Shown piece after piece: positions 1 through 14,966 of a stretch of DNA of 64,000 nt (positions are counted from its first letter, which is position 1; every line of letters begins with the position of its first letter). The translations under genes and the position numbers were made by a program. The notes beneath the pieces are model-generated. The model was not told where the DNA came from. It was given only the letters and a program-made list of their open reading frames with translations, and made no database searches. The stretch is from the human T2T-CHM13v2.0 reference genome, Homo sapiens: the NCBI RefSeq assembly GCF_009914755.1, contig NC_060926.1; one strand, written 5' to 3'.

Positions 1-721
1 TTTCTAAAACGCGGTTTGTGTAACCTTTTGCTTAAATGCTAAATCAAGTACCTGTCTTGCATTTCAACGAAACAAGATGCTAAAACTGAATGAAAAAAAA
101 GCATTTCTTTTTTTTTTTTTCCCCCTGGGAGGGGTGCGATCGTCTGAAGGTCCATGAGATTTTACACTGTAACTGCTTGGTAATATAATACAGAAAAGGC
201 AATCCCAATCCACATGAGTCCTAATAAATAGAAAAAAAATTGGGGATGAGGGGAAAAAGGCAGGTAGCTGGGAGCTTTTAACAAGGTCGGTACTAAAAGA
301 TCAGAATAAAACCACATCCAGTTTAATTAATAATAGCTATAAACTGAAATAATTCCCCATGATTCTGCCCTTGCTTCTCCTTTTTACAGAGTCATATCTC
401 TTCAGTTTAGAGAAATGACTTTTGTGGCTGTTCGATTCTCACAACAACAATAACTAAATCAGTTGCACACTGTTATCTAAAACCATCTACAAACTCCAGC
501 AAATAAAAAGAAGTTCATTTGTCTATTAAGGCAAGTATTTAGTTGAGCAGAAATATCCCAGTAACACTGAATAGAGTTCGTGTAATCCTATGGAAATCAA
601 GTCATCTTGTTGCACTGAAGTAAATGAAAAAATACAAAGGAGAAAAGGTCCAAGTGTAATTGTAATTTTAAACTAAATGCATTATTGGACTGTCACAGTG
701 AAAACGTGATTGTTCGGCTGC

Positions 722-735
722 GGGGGGGGGGGGGG
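722..735 (+). repeat. poly(G) run
   Basis: Uninterrupted run of about 14 G in otherwise AT-rich DNA. Confidence 0.9.
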
Positions 736-2280
736 CGGCGAGTGGACATAAACTTAGCTCACATTTAACTTAAAGGTTTCAGAAAGGAAATATGTATTCC
801 ATATTTGGTGATCATTTGTGGAAAGAGGAGAAATTGAAACAATTCTAACCCATCATTTTAGTATACTAGGGGGAATCATTCCTTCAAAAGCAGAATTAAG
901 CAAAAAGCTTATTTTAAACATTGCAAGTCTGTATTAGCAGAAAAAAAAAGTTTCAAATTTTCTGAAAATGTATGTCCTCTCTATGTTAATAAGATGTTGA
1001 CAGAGAGAAAGAGAGAGAGAGAGAGAAACTAAGTTCAGGTGTTTTATTTTTTAAGTTCTAGATACTTCTAAATTAACGATATAAATTAATGTTTTACATA
1101 AAAAGATCTAAATGAAAAGTTTTCATTATAGTTGAGAAAATGAGTACTTAGAGTGTGCTCTGATAATTTGACACATTGACATAAAACCTTAAATTGAATA
1201 ATAAAACAAACGGCTAAAATATTCCCCCTTGGAAAAATAACTTTAATAATAAAGCTAGAAAAGTTTTAACTGTGTTGAACCATCACTTTTTTCTCTGGAA
1301 GGCAGATTATCCTAAAGAGTATTATTTTCCAGAAATTCTGTCAAGGCACTTTGAAATAATATATGTTTGTATTATTTAATATTCTGACACTTCCGTTCTT
1401 TGAAAATGCTCAGACTGGAATGGATACGTAGCCATGCATATATTTAATATAAATGGTATCTTGTCGTTAACATAAAATATTAAAGAGAAAATAAAACTTT
1501 GGGCTTTGTCAGTTAAGATAGAATTTTTTAGCATAATACTCTGATTTTCAAAACATAAAATTGAAACCCCTTGATTTTAACCAATCAACACAAGTCTTTC
1601 TCTTATTTGGTTGGGGATCTGCATCATATACTCTTTCTATTTTTAATATTTAGTGTTGTAGCCCACTGTTAAAATAATGAAAAATTAGTCTCGTTTCAAA
1701 ATTATTTATTTATGGAACGAACATGATTAAAACATAAACACACAAACTGCAGCTGCAACAGAAAAAAAACTTGATTTATGGTTATTAAATCTTTGATCGC
1801 CATGTTAATGTTTCTTTTTCTACCTTTCATTTGCATTTTAATCTATCGAATCTTTACAGTTTTGCTGCCTCCTATTTCAATGATTGATTACAGATCTGAA
1901 ATAAGAAAAACCAAGCCTAGCTTTTCTTTTCCTTTCTTCGCTTTCTTTTTTCTCTTTTTCTTTTTCCCCCCTCCCTTTCCCCCCGGGTAGATTTCTGAAA
2001 CTTTCTCTCAATGCTAATGTAGACAGGACAAATTAATTCTGCTCTTTTAAATGTCAAAGATATAAATAAAAAATGTTTTCTGTCCCAAACGTGAATATTT
2101 TCCCAGCTGCTTGTTTTCGAGTCGTAAAAGATCATCCCAGCAAAATGCAATTAACAGCGAAACACACACACATACACTCACACACTCGGCGGTGCGGAAT
2201 TTTTTTAAAGGACGTGTTGTTCTGAGTTGAAGAAAGGTGAGAAGTTCACCGTCCCTTCACCATCAGTAGCCTCGCTGCGG

Positions 2281-2336
<56 letters not shown>
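2281..2336 (+). repeat. compound (CT)n(CA)n microsatellite
   Basis: A CT dinucleotide run directly followed by a CA run at the left edge of the CpG island. Confidence 0.95.
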
Positions 2337-2337
<1 letters not shown>

Positions 2338-2479
2338 TGGAGGTTTGGTCCCTAGTTCTATCTGTGATCTAAGTCACACAAACAAAAACAAGCTTGGTGG
2401 CAGCTTGTTGTTGTTGAGTGTTGTTGAGTTGATTTCTTGAGATAAGCAGTGTAAAGACAAAAGGGGGAGCGATGCAGGT

Positions 2480-3330
2480 CTGTTTGTTTTCTTTCCCCGC
2501 CGCCCCACTGTCCCTTTTCTCGTCTCCCCGCGCACCTCCCCAGACGCCCTGCCGGGGTGGCTCCGCGGATGAGGCGGTCATTTGCTGTCCGCTTTGCGGG
2601 GACGGGTCACTTTCCGCGCTGGCGTGAAAGCAAATGTGGAGCTGCTTTTGGAAGGCGCCGGCCGGACGTCGGCTAGGCTCCTTCTCCCCGCGGGGCTGAG
2701 GGCCCCTGGGGCTCTGCAAGGCTCTGGCTCCGAACAGATTGCGCCTCCCGCCTGGCTGCCAGTAGGAACTGGGGTGGGAGCCGCGTAACTAACAGTTGCG
2801 CGCAGGAGGCGAGCCCCAGGTGTGAGCGCAGAGGCTCTCTCCCCAGCCCGCGGGTCTGGGAACCTTTCAGGACGCCTCCCTCCCCAACTCCTACCCATGC
2901 GTCTGCTCCCTAGGCCGAGCCCCCCTCGTGAGGTTTTAATGACCGCGGACGCAGGGGAGCCCGCACTTGAGCGAGGACCGACTTCTCTGGCGGGTCCACG
3001 CTGCTCGCGCTTGCGTCCGCGGGTAGCGCGCTGTGCCCGGGTCAGGGGGCGAGCTGCGAGAAGTAGGAGGGGTCAAGACCCCCAGAAATCCCTCCATGGG
3101 CACACACACAATCAAGAATAGGGTTGAGGGTCTTGAGAGGTAGAACTACCCTAGGCAGGGCTTCTCCAACTCGGCCTTTGGACCCCGCGCGCGCCCAAGG
3201 GCGTGCCCACCGCGGAAGCACAGATCATCTTCCCGGGACTGGGTCTCCTGGACCCTGCGTTGCTCCCTTTTTCCTAGCGGCCCCGTAGCTGGCTGCCGCA
3301 TGTAGGGCGATCTTCATTAACTTGGACGCC
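2480..3330. promoter_or_regulatory. CpG island, promoter-associated
   Basis: Very GC-rich with many intact CpGs (CCGCGG, GCGCGC, CGCG) against AT-rich flanks; no repeat homology. Confidence 0.85.
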
Positions 3331-4299
3331 CAACGTGATTGAAATAGAGAGGAGGAAAAAACACATTTGATCTGGGCCGACCCTTTGTCTTGAAGCAGAT
3401 TAGGCAGCCTAGAAATAGGAGGAAAAACAGAAAGTCTAGGCAGGAAAACTTATTGTGTTCACAACATATAAAAATGATCCGAGCGGTCTGGTACCTCAAG
3501 GGGTGAAGATAGATCCTTGTAGACGAGTGTGAAGACATGACTGGGAAGATTTAAAGTGAAAGAAACGGCAGATTATTAAGAAAGTAATAGTAAGGTGTCC
3601 CATACACTACAGTTTTATTGTTGGGTAGTAACTACCCGATTTATTTATTGCCGGGGCTATATAATAGAGATAATGACCACAAACTCAAGATAAATTCTTA
3701 TGCGCCCAGCCGGTCAATTCTTTTTTATTTAAGAGAGTGAGCCTGAAGGGTGAGCCTCATCCCCTCCCCTCCTCGAAGATCCGTCTTGCTTTCTACCATA
3801 TTATAAGCATGACATGCAAATAAATAAGTGCTGCTGGGTCTGTGTGGGTAGGCCGGCAGGATTTATTTCAGGTGACGGAGGAACATACACGGAATATGAA
3901 TTTCCGCAGGAGTGGCGCCGTGATTCCTTCCCTCTCCCTCTCGGCCGCCCTCTCCTCAGGGTCTCCCTCCTTTTCTGTGGGAGCAGAGAGCATCCCCTGT
4001 TAAAAACATTAACGTGTCATGTCTCAGCTCCCTATTCCTTGACATATAGGTCTGGGGAGGGATGGGGGCACTGCAAAATGCAAAACGCATGCCCAAAGTA
4101 GGTTGACTTGCTGGGACTGCTCAAAGCGATTCTGGTGGACAAAGAGAAGGGTGAGTTGTAATTATGACTTCCAGTAGGGGAGCAGTATAGGAAGTATGTT
4201 AATATCATTTTGAAATATGCACAATGGTCCAAAAGTTTACTGTCCCGGATCTGGCATGGGTCCTCCCCAGCCGGATGGACCCCAAGGGGAGCCCTCCTG

Positions 4300-4854
4300 G
4301 CACCTTGGGACATGCCCGCCTCTCTTGGCCCTCGGTTTCTCTCTCTGGGAGCCAGGTAAACACCCCCCTGGCCAGGTGATGGAGTTAAAGATGACCTTGC
4401 TCGTTGACCGCCAAGGTCGGAAGAGAGCTGGCGGCCTCAGGTGTAGGTTCCACCTGACGCCCTGGCTGCAATCATAGTCACCGGCTGGCCTTTAAGGGGG
4501 CGGCCTCCCAGAACTGCTCTCCCCACCTGCACTCTGCGACCACTCAGGCAGATCCGGAACCTGCCAAGACGAAGTCAGTCAGCATCCTCTTCCGATCTTC
4601 TTATTTTCTTCCTCATTTTTTGGATAATATTCAGACATACAGTGTTTCAGTCTCACAATAACCACTTACATGCAGAACTTCCTTTGATCTGTTTGGCCAG
4701 AGTCGGGGGGAAACACCTGACAGTGAAGAACTGCGATGAAAAAGAGGGGTTCAGGGGAGATGGGAGAGCCAGACGCGTGGGGCGAGGGAGAAAGAGGTGC
4801 GTGTGGGGAGATGGAGACCTAGAGACAGCAAGAAGTAGCAGATGGGGGAGGAAG
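4300..4854 (+). ncRNA. putative first exon(s) of a plus-strand divergent/antisense lncRNA (tentatively SATB1-AS1; unverified)
   Basis: Plus-strand donors CAG|GTAAAC (4355/4356) and AAG|GTAAGG (4854/4855). No coding exons downstream, and the large young L1s are antisense to this direction. Confidence 0.3.
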
Positions 4855-4900
4855 GTAAGGCGAGAAAGTGAAGAGCAGCTGCGAGCGGGAAGAGAAGGGG
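4670..4900 (-). other. putative non-coding first exon of a minus-strand gene (tentatively an alternative SATB1 5' UTR exon; identity unverified)
   Basis: Minus-strand donor CAT|GTAAGT (plus strand ACTTAC at 4664-4669) downstream of a pyrimidine-rich leader. The start coordinate is inferred. The gene guess rests only on recalled locus architecture. Confidence 0.4.
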
Positions 4901-7066
4901 CTGCTCCTGTAATTTGGTGGTTTGTGTGAAGGATGGTATTATGAGGCTGAAAGAGAGGACAATCCTCGTCAATCTTTTACAATATTGGTGTCATTCAAGC
5001 ACAACTTTATCTTTGAACCAGATTATCTGTTCCAATGATTTCCATAAGAACATAAATTATAACCTTCAGAGCCTTCAATATTTCTTTCGGTACTTTATTA
5101 AGTGTTGTTGCAGAGGCTATTTATGAAGTGAGTGATTCAACTTTTAATCTTTTGAACATTAAAGTGTATTCCTCCGAGTTTCCTTTTCAAAATAATCTAA
5201 AATAACAAAAAGAAACTAAGCTCATTACATGAAAAAGTGACAAGCGTTTTTGCTCGCAGCCTGGCAAGTTGCCTTATTCACTTCAAAGGATGATGAACTA
5301 ATTGTTTCCAGAGTTTATAAGTAATTAAGCTATTATTTGGGGAATTTATGTAACAGTTTTATTCACATTAGAACTTTCTATTTAAAATAGCCTGAGACAA
5401 ATCTTCAAAAATGCCAAGATTTTAATAATTGAAAAGCCTTCTCATTATTGTTAATAGTGAAAACTATTTTTATTTTAAAAAGCACTGGAAAATGTAAACA
5501 AATATAGTTTTCTCCAGAGTATATGATAAGTGGAGATCATTATGGATAATTAACGCTGAAAGGAAAATGAACATGTAATGGCTTCCAAAAATTAAAACAT
5601 TTGTAACTATCAAGTTAAGTTCTAAAAAGTTAATTTTTAAATCAGCTGGATTTATCTAAATATGCCTGGCAAGGAAAAAGATATATATATATATATATTT
5701 ACTGTCCTTTTAGAACTCTATAAAGAAAGTTTAAAACCTTAAATAATTTTAGCATTTTTAAACCAACTTTTGGTGCCTAGGCAATAAGAGTTAATGCCCA
5801 GAAATGCTAAGTGCTGTAGTTTCTCCAATTTTGCAACAAAGAAATATATTTATTCACCCCTAGATTAAAATAAAGAAAATATTCTAAAAATCTTTTGAAA
5901 TATATAATTCAAACACCACTTCCATAATATTTCAATGCATGTTTGTTAGTTTTAAATAATTAGGTTTGCCATAAATGAAACAAAATTCATTAAAGGAAAA
6001 AGTAGGACTTTAAAAGGAGTGATGAATTATTTTGTAAAATTCAGCAAAATATACAACACTTTAGTTTAATAGGCATTTGTATACATAACAATATACCATT
6101 TTAATATAATTTTCCCATCAAGGTGGTATTAGCTCTGTGTGTTAGAAAATGCCTGTTTCATTGTCACATGAAGAATTTCAAAAATAATAAAATTTTCATA
6201 TTAGGAGGAAATATCTTTGAAGAATAACAAACACAAATGTGAAAATCCAAGTAAATGCCTATAAAATCTTATATGAGGTAAAATATATTTTCTGGAAGTT
6301 ATCTGGAAAAAATTAAAGCATGTGGTAGTTCAATATTAATTCCCCTCACCACAAAAAAATTGGGAGTTGTCTGTAGCAATTATTACAAGAGGTAGAATAT
6401 ATGTATTAAATAGAAAAAAAAATTTAGGACATATCCACTTGTTTCAAGTAAAATTCCTCTAAAACAAAAGTCTGGAATTTGATGGAAATTGTATATAAAA
6501 TGCTTTGTATAATTCATGGTCAGTGTTGTTTTGTGGACTCTGTATAAACTGTGGCAATTTAGATCTGTCATGGTATCACAATGTCTGATTCAATATTTGC
6601 TGTAATATGTTCTCTTTATTAGTACAGACTAGCATTGCATTATTAAAAACAAAAACTAAAGCACCCTGGTTAGTAGTAATGCAATCCCAATGGTCTAACA
6701 CCCTGCGATAATTGACCTTCTGGACACCAGACACTGGGATTCACTTTCAGACACTTAGCTGTTTAAACTGACTTCATTACAGGAGGACAATGGTGACTCT
6801 GTTGCAACTGACACCTGCACTATTTCACACAACGCATGGGCCATACCTTGCCAAGTCAGCCACCACCATGATTCGCACCAGAGCAGGAAGTCAGCTCGAG
6901 ACAAATTTTATAATATGAATATACTGTTACGATTAAGGAGAAATGAATTCGTTTTGCATAGCCCTCTACAATCTTAAGGAGACAATTAGAAGCCTGTTTT
7001 CTGGTTTCCTTGTGTTACAATATTGCCATATGCAAAGATGTTTCCATTACTTTACGCTGAAGTTTA

Positions 7067-7279
<213 letters not shown>

Positions 7280-9279
7280 TCACACCTATGTCCTAGTTGA
7301 AAAGAGTCCATTAGTGGAAAGGTTTGGGGGGCGGAGGTGGTTAGCTCACTGACCAGACTTGCAGGCACTCTGATTAGTTATCCTAAATGAATTGCTAGAA
7401 CATATGCAATTCATTCTCCATGGATCTTTCTCCTAATCTCTAAATAATAATAATATATTTCTTTTTTATAAATCATTTTGTGTTGCAGAATATGGTAAAG
7501 CATTGTTTTAAATTATATTGACTAAAATAAAATCTCAGAGGGTTCTAGATTTTTTCTGAACTCATAGAGAGTTCTAGATGTGAGTTCTAGATTTTTTTCT
7601 GACTCATAAGGGAATATTACTCTGTCCTCAAAGTTCTAAGCATCTCAGAATTCTGAGATACTTTCCTTTGCTCTTCTCTGGCCACCAGAAGGAAAGTGAC
7701 AGTGCCTTATTGTTCCAAAGTATTTGCTGAAGGTAATTAATACCTTTATTGATTAAGTTGCTTCACTGAAATAAAAGGTGACTTTTCCACCAATGACTAG
7801 ATTGTGATCTAACAGACTGAAAAATAACATGCCATATTCCAAAGAGAGAAGCCCAGCTTCTAAGGCAGAACTCCATCCCTCCCCAGCTTGTAAAAATCCA
7901 CAGATTTACTAGTTTTTATTTAAATTTTGTGTTATGCTAGGCTGGATCTTGTCTTAAATCCTTGAACATTTCTAGCATATTCCATCAAATGCTTTGTAAG
8001 ACTGAAAAAATTCTCTGTATGTGGGCTTTAGAATCTTAAGCAGTCAGCAGGACACTGTAGATACTGAAATTAACAGGACGTTGTCTGTGTCCTCAAGAGC
8101 TCATCTTAGGGTAGAGCTGATAAACACCCTACAATCCAAATCCATAGCAGTATACACAGGTGCTGTGCGAATACAAAAGTTAAACCAAGAAAATGGAAGA
8201 AGGGAGCCCCCAAAAGTCTTTGTCGTGGGCTAAGGTGAGGGGGAGTAGAGATCAGGGTATGTTTTTAAATCAGAGTTTAAACAAGTAAACAGAAACCACT
8301 CTGAGTGTATACAAGGGAAGGAATCGAATGCAGGAAATTGGTTACACAGGGTATGGGAGAGGCTGCAAAGCCCACCAGCTGGCAGCAAGGCAACCTTGAG
8401 GCAGGAAATAGCAGGAAACTCTAACCACTCCTAGACTGGAGGGACAGAGGGCGCAGGTGAGTCACCAGACTCCAGGGGTTGGGACTACTTGGTAGAAGAT
8501 GTAACCGGGGAAGGCATGTCCAGTGGGAGCTGGAGCTATGGAAGGAATAAGGGAGGGATACATATTCTGGAGTCCTGCAATCTAGAGCAGAGCAAGGAAG
8601 GGCGAAGAATAGCTTTGAAAGGAGACAGTTCCAGGAGTGGCATTTCTTATTATATTTTTTCAAATGAAAATCTTTCATATTCATTTCTGAAGATACTCAT
8701 TTGAGAATGCTGGAGAAGGAAGAGAAGAATGTTCCAGGCAAGGGTACTGAATTGGAAAAGAAAGTGACTTATTTAGAAAGTCACAAGTTTGCCAGTGCAG
8801 CCCGAGTAAAGAGGAAGATGTGGGACATTGTAGGACATGAGTTGAAGATTCTAACAGCCAAAGACATGAAATGACCAGTGGCTTCTGTAACAGCTTTACT
8901 TGCTCTCAATCATTAAGCCCCAGAGGCCCGGATAATAGAGACTACAGGGGTTAACATTGCAAAACGCTGCAAAAATAGAGACATGGGTCTCCATACAGGT
9001 GCAATGCTGCCCACCAACAAATGGCATTTCTATGAAGAAATACAGTCATCATCCTGGGCTGCCTTCAGTTAACTTACATTGTTATCTGATTCAGCCACAA
9101 AGCCAGTGGGACATCGATTCTGTCATTTTAATGAACAAATTAGATATTGCTCACTAACCCAAAGGAACCATCCTTGTGGCCAGTTTGGTGTTCAGAGGGC
9201 TAGATAAAAGGTTTTGTCTACTCCCAGGTAATAGGAATAGCTCAGTCCATGACCTCACAGGTGTCAGTCTCATGAATAA

Positions 9280-10400
9280 TAGTTTGAAGTAGAGCCAGGG
9301 AGCTAAGAAACCAGTGAAAACACTATTGTGATGATGGTGGGGATGGGAGGTAAGCGTGATGATTACCAGAAGATATTAGGTGATAGAAGCACAGAGGAGG
9401 GGGATGAGATATTGAGAACCATGGCATGGTTTCTGGTTTGGAAAATTCTGCAGATTGTGGTTCCATTTGCTGGAAAGATAACCTTAGAAGAAGGAACATA
9501 TTAGAAAGGAGGATGTTAAACTTGTTTTAGGTATTTTGAGATTAAGATACTTCTGATTTATCAAGATAGAGATGCTCATTAGGACAATGAAAATATGGGT
9601 CTGCGTTTTAGTGGAGGGAGTCTGGGCTGGAGATAAAAATTTGGGAGGAGTCATTGGAGTAGATGAGATCATTCACAATCTCTTTCAAGTGGTTTATGGT
9701 GAAAGAAAAGAAAGGAACAGGCCGTCAGTAATAAAGGGGAACAAGGATATATAATTTTGAAGATGGGAAAGACTTGAACATATTTGTATAATGAAGGGAA
9801 GGAAGAGGATATGCTGATATTACAAGAAAGAGTGTTAAATAATGGAGAAATCCATCATCCAGGTGGGGAATGGAGGAACGGAGCTATTCCTCAGCAGGGG
9901 AAGAGCCTGGCCTTCAAGGTCGAAGGCAGGTAATGGGTAGAGTTGTATGTCCAGGTCAGGGGTAGTGGAGGAAGAATTTGGTAGCAGTTCATACTTAAAA
10001 ACTTACGCCTTTTTTTTTTTTTGAGATATGGGTAGAGATGTCATTTGATGAGTGAGGAAGTAGGAGGGTGACCAGGTTGTAGCACTTAAAGGCCTGTCCC
10101 CCAGGAACCCCTTCAGTCCTGGACAAGCTGAGAAATTTGGTCACCCCAAAGAGTAAAGGAAAGGGAAAGGCTTGAGATAAATGTGAAACATTAACAGTCA
10201 TCACAGGAAGTGGGAGAGGGAGCTGACCAGAAATGCGAAGCTTACTGGCTGGTATCGAGAACTTACATGGAATTGGAGATTAAGGGGCAAGGTTTTGTGC
10301 ACGGCTGTGGGGTTTTCTTCAGCAACACCTAAGCATACTGAGTTATCATTCCAGGAGAGAGTGTGTTCATGCATCCAGGTGTGTGTTTGAAGTACTTTTT
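9280..10400 (-). mobile_element. degenerate L2 LINE fragments
   Basis: Purine-rich tract with L2-typical text such as GTCTGGGCTGGAGATAAAAATTTGGGAG; boundaries approximate. Confidence 0.6.
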
Positions 10401-11176
10401 AGAACCCAAAAGTATGTAGTATCAGAGTTCTCGTTCTGGGAACAGGAAAACAGAGTGAAATTAGCAGCAAGGTTGCCAGAACCCTGTTAGGTAGAAGATC
10501 ATTCTGTCAACGATGTACATCACTCTTGCTTCATGTTTGCAGTCGACAAATGGCAGTTTTCACAATCCACAATATCTTGAGGTACCCCTGCCATGCGGGC
10601 ATGTATTCATAATACCTCTTCTCTCTGGAAGGGTAATTTAGACACTGCAGTCATTAAGCAGTGTCTTGAGGTAAAAAGCACCCACATGCCTGTGGGTGAA
10701 CATTATCTGTTACCCCAGCTCATCCACAAGGCGTGTCATGAGAATATTTTGCCTGTGTCATTGACTAAGTTATGTACCTTTATACTGGTAGGAATTTCAC
10801 CTGTTGTTGGTTATATGAACAAAGAAAAATGTAAATATGTGATTGTCTGGCTGGTCATAGGGCAAATGGGGCAATGAGCTCCCATAAGTAGATTCAAGTA
10901 AATATCTGGAGTTTTGACTTTTCTTTTTGCAGCACATGCAGTTGGATAGCTCCCAAATAGATGAAGGGTTGTTTTCTCTGGTTTGTGCCCTATATCTAGG
11001 ACAAACCAGTACCTCTAAGTTTCCAATACAGGACAGACAATAAGCCACAAAGGGGACCAAACTACATGATGAAAATCTGAAACTAAGCTTGGGTTGAGGA
11101 AGGTACTCAAATCTTGTCTGAAATTTGATGCAGCTTGGCTCAAAACTTTCCAGGAATTGGCTGAGGCTTTAGACAA

Positions 11177-11939
11177 TAGACTGAATGGTGTTCCTCAAAA
11201 TTCATGTGTTGAAGTCCTATCCCAGTACCTCAGAATATGACTGTGTTTGGAGACAGGGTCTTTAAAGAAGTAACTGAGGTTAAATGAGGTAATATGTGTG
11301 GGCCCTAACCCAATCTAACCGGTGTCTTTATAGGAGAGGAAGTTTAGACATAAAAAGAGGCACTAGGGATGCTGGAGCACAGAGGAAGCACCCTGTAAGG
11401 ACACAGTGAGAAAACAGCCATCTGCAAGCCAGGAAGCAAGGCCCCAGAAGAAAGCTAACCCACCCATACCTTGCATATTAGTCCATTTTCACGCTGCTGA
11501 TAAAGACATACCCAAGACTGGGTAATTTATAAAGAAAATGAGGTTTAATGGACTCAGAGTTCCACGTGGCTGGGGAGGCCTTACAATCATGGCTGAAGGT
11601 GAAAGGCACATCTTGCATGGTGGAAGACAAGAGATAAATGAGAGCCAAACAAAAGGGGAAACCCCTTATAAAATCATCAGATCTCATGAGACTTATTCAC
11701 TACCACGAGGACAGTATGGGGGAAACCGTCCCCATGATTCAATTATCTCCCACCAGGTCCCTTCTACAACACATGGGAATTATGGGACCTACGATTCAAG
11801 AGGAGATTTGGGTGGGGACACAGCAAAACCATATCACCTTGATTTCAGACTTCAAGCCTCCAGAATGCAAGAACATAAATTTTTGTTAAGTCACCAGGTC
11901 TGTGGTATTTTGCTATGGCAACCCTCGTGAAGCAATACA
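11177..11939 (+). mobile_element. MLT1B-like MaLR LTR interrupted by a THE1 LTR
   Basis: AAATTCATGTGTTGAAGTCCTA...GGGTCTTTAAAGAAGTAA...TGTGGTATTTTGCTATGGCAACCC matches the MLT1A/B pattern. Confidence 0.8.
11474..11836 (-). mobile_element. THE1B-like solo LTR nested in MLT1
   Basis: TATTAGTCCATTTTCACGCTGCTGATAAAGACATACCC...GGGGACACAGCAAAACCATATCA; 5-bp TSD CCTTG at 11469-11473 and 11837-11841. Confidence 0.9.
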
Positions 11940-12203
11940 GGGAGGTTTAGAGTTTGAATTCTCAACAACTTCAGAAATTGTGGATGCATCAATTATTTTT
12001 TAACGTGAAAATGAATCTAGGAGATATCTACTGAGAAACTCTGTTTTTACCTCAACTTTATTTATCAAATATTTACCAAAGATTTTTGTAGCACTTACCA
12101 GGAGAGGTGCCTTCATTATTCTTTTCAGCTCTTAAACCTTTCTTACTCTCCTTCACCTCGTCCTGCATGTCTATAAGCACGAACTCTATTGAAGTCATTT
12201 TAA

Positions 12204-12554
<351 letters not shown>

Positions 12555-13143
12555 GACAATACTCCATTTTTAACGAAGTTTAGTTATGGAGTCTGTAGGC
12601 AGGGTTTTCATTATGTTTAGTAGGAATTAAGCCTGTATGTGAGCATAAAGCTATAGTCAATAATTTTACCCCCTTTATGACTGTAAAATTTGGGCCAGTC
12701 ACCCTACCTGGTTAATTCTCTGCAGTATTTAAGGTATCTATCTCAAGTTGATTCTAAGGTTAGGCACTTTTAATTAAAAATGCATTTCTAAAATACTTTA
12801 GAACATTTAGAAATGTCAGCATGACGATGTTGACAGGGGAATCTCCATGGCATTAAGTTGTGTGTTTCTGTGTTGAGAGCAGATGCTACTAAAAGTATCG
12901 CAGAAGCGCAAAAACATCTGACGTTGCCCGGTGAGCCTATTTGTAGCTGTTGGCTTAGAATAATCTATACTGACCTGTAAGGTCCGCTTTAGTAACAATA
13001 ACAGGTAATGTACTGAACCTGCTATAAGCAAAAGGATGTTCATTAAATGTTTGCCTTTGGTGAATTTTCCTGGTCATTGTTCTTGGAAATAATACGGAGG
13101 ACTGGAAATTGGGAAATTTTATAAACTAATCCTAGTGTTCCCA

Positions 13144-13470
<327 letters not shown>

Positions 13471-14059
13471 TTACTTATTGTGTGGTTTTGGTAAAGTCAA
13501 TCATAGTGAACATCAGTTTGTTCACCTGTAAAATGGGGAAGATTCTATCTTTGAATGCTACTTTAAAGGTGTTATGAGAAGAATATTAAAAGACCAACGT
13601 GTATGTGGTGCTTTTAAAACATGCTATCCAAATTTAAATATTATATTGTTATTGTAATTGCCATTAAATGGTTTAATTTAGCAACACTTTGAAATGGCTT
13701 TCTCCAATTCTAATTGAAGTAGCAACTTGGGATCCCTTCAGTGATGAAAATCATAGCAAACACAATCTCTTATTGATCAGGTTTCCCAGAAAGACCCCTG
13801 GTTCCACCATATTTCAGGGAGTATCTACTGGAGCTTGGTCAACATCAACTTTTGTTTTTAGTCTTACATTAGACAATGCTGTTTTTCTACAAATGTCCCC
13901 AATATTACCTTTTTAAAACTCAGTTGAAGATGTAAATGTTATCTCAGATGAAAAACTTTCAGAACCTAATGTCAAGTTGCATGCGGGAATGTGTCATCTC
14001 AAAGTGTTGTGAGAAAGGCTCTTTCCCCTAGGGTCTCTGATTCTATCCATGCTGTACAA

Positions 14060-14601
14060 CACCAGTCTCCAACCCCTGGGCCACGGACCCTTACTTGTCT
14101 GTGGCTGTTAGGAACCAGGGCACCCAGCAGGAGGTGAGCCACGGGCAAGTGAGTGAACCAGTAAATCTTCATCTGTATTTACAGTCCCTCCCCATCACTT
14201 GCATTACTGCCTAAGCTCTGCCTCCTGTCAGATCAACTGTGGCATTAGATTCTCACAGAAGCATGAACCCTATTGTGAACTGTGCATGTGAGGGATCTAG
14301 GCTGTGCACTCCTTATGAGAATCTAATGCCTGGTGATCTGTTACTGTCTCCCATCATCCCCAGATAGGACCATCTAGTTGCAGGAAAACAAGCGCAGGGC
14401 TCCCACTAATTCTACATTATGGTAGGTTGTATAATTATTTCATTATATATTACAATGTAATAATACTAATAGAAATGAAGTGCACAATAAATGTAATGCA
14501 CTTGAATTATCCGAAAATTATCCCTCCACATCATGCGAGTCCATGGGAAAATTGTCTTATATGAAACTGGTTCCTGGTGCCAAAAAGGTTGGAGACTGCT
14601 G
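14060..14601 (+). mobile_element. MER1A-like hAT-Charlie DNA transposon relic
   Basis: Terminal inverted repeats CACCAGTCTCCAACC / GGTTGGAGACTGCTG, degenerate 8-bp TSD CTGTACAA / CCGTACTA, about 540 bp long. Confidence 0.85.
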
Positions 14602-14652
14602 CCGTACTACATTTATTTGAATAGATTAATGAATATAAGCCTTATCACTATG

Positions 14653-14966
<314 letters not shown>

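Larger units (their letters stand above)
3840..4910. promoter_or_regulatory. second GC-rich segment, likely bidirectional promoter and first-exon region
   Basis: CpG-containing, GC box GGGGCGG near 4497, ETS-like CCGGAA near 4554, and splice donors on both strands. Confidence 0.55.

Noticed and set aside
2369-3121. Several 68-116 aa ORFs in the CpG island
   Set aside because: Pro/Arg/Gly/Ala-rich frames overlapping on both strands, as expected from stop-poor GC-rich DNA; no recognisable domain.
7538-7610. Three GTTCTAGAT copies resembling a spaced repeat array
   Set aside because: Irregular spacing and degenerate copies indicate local slippage duplication; not CRISPR-like, and the DNA is human.
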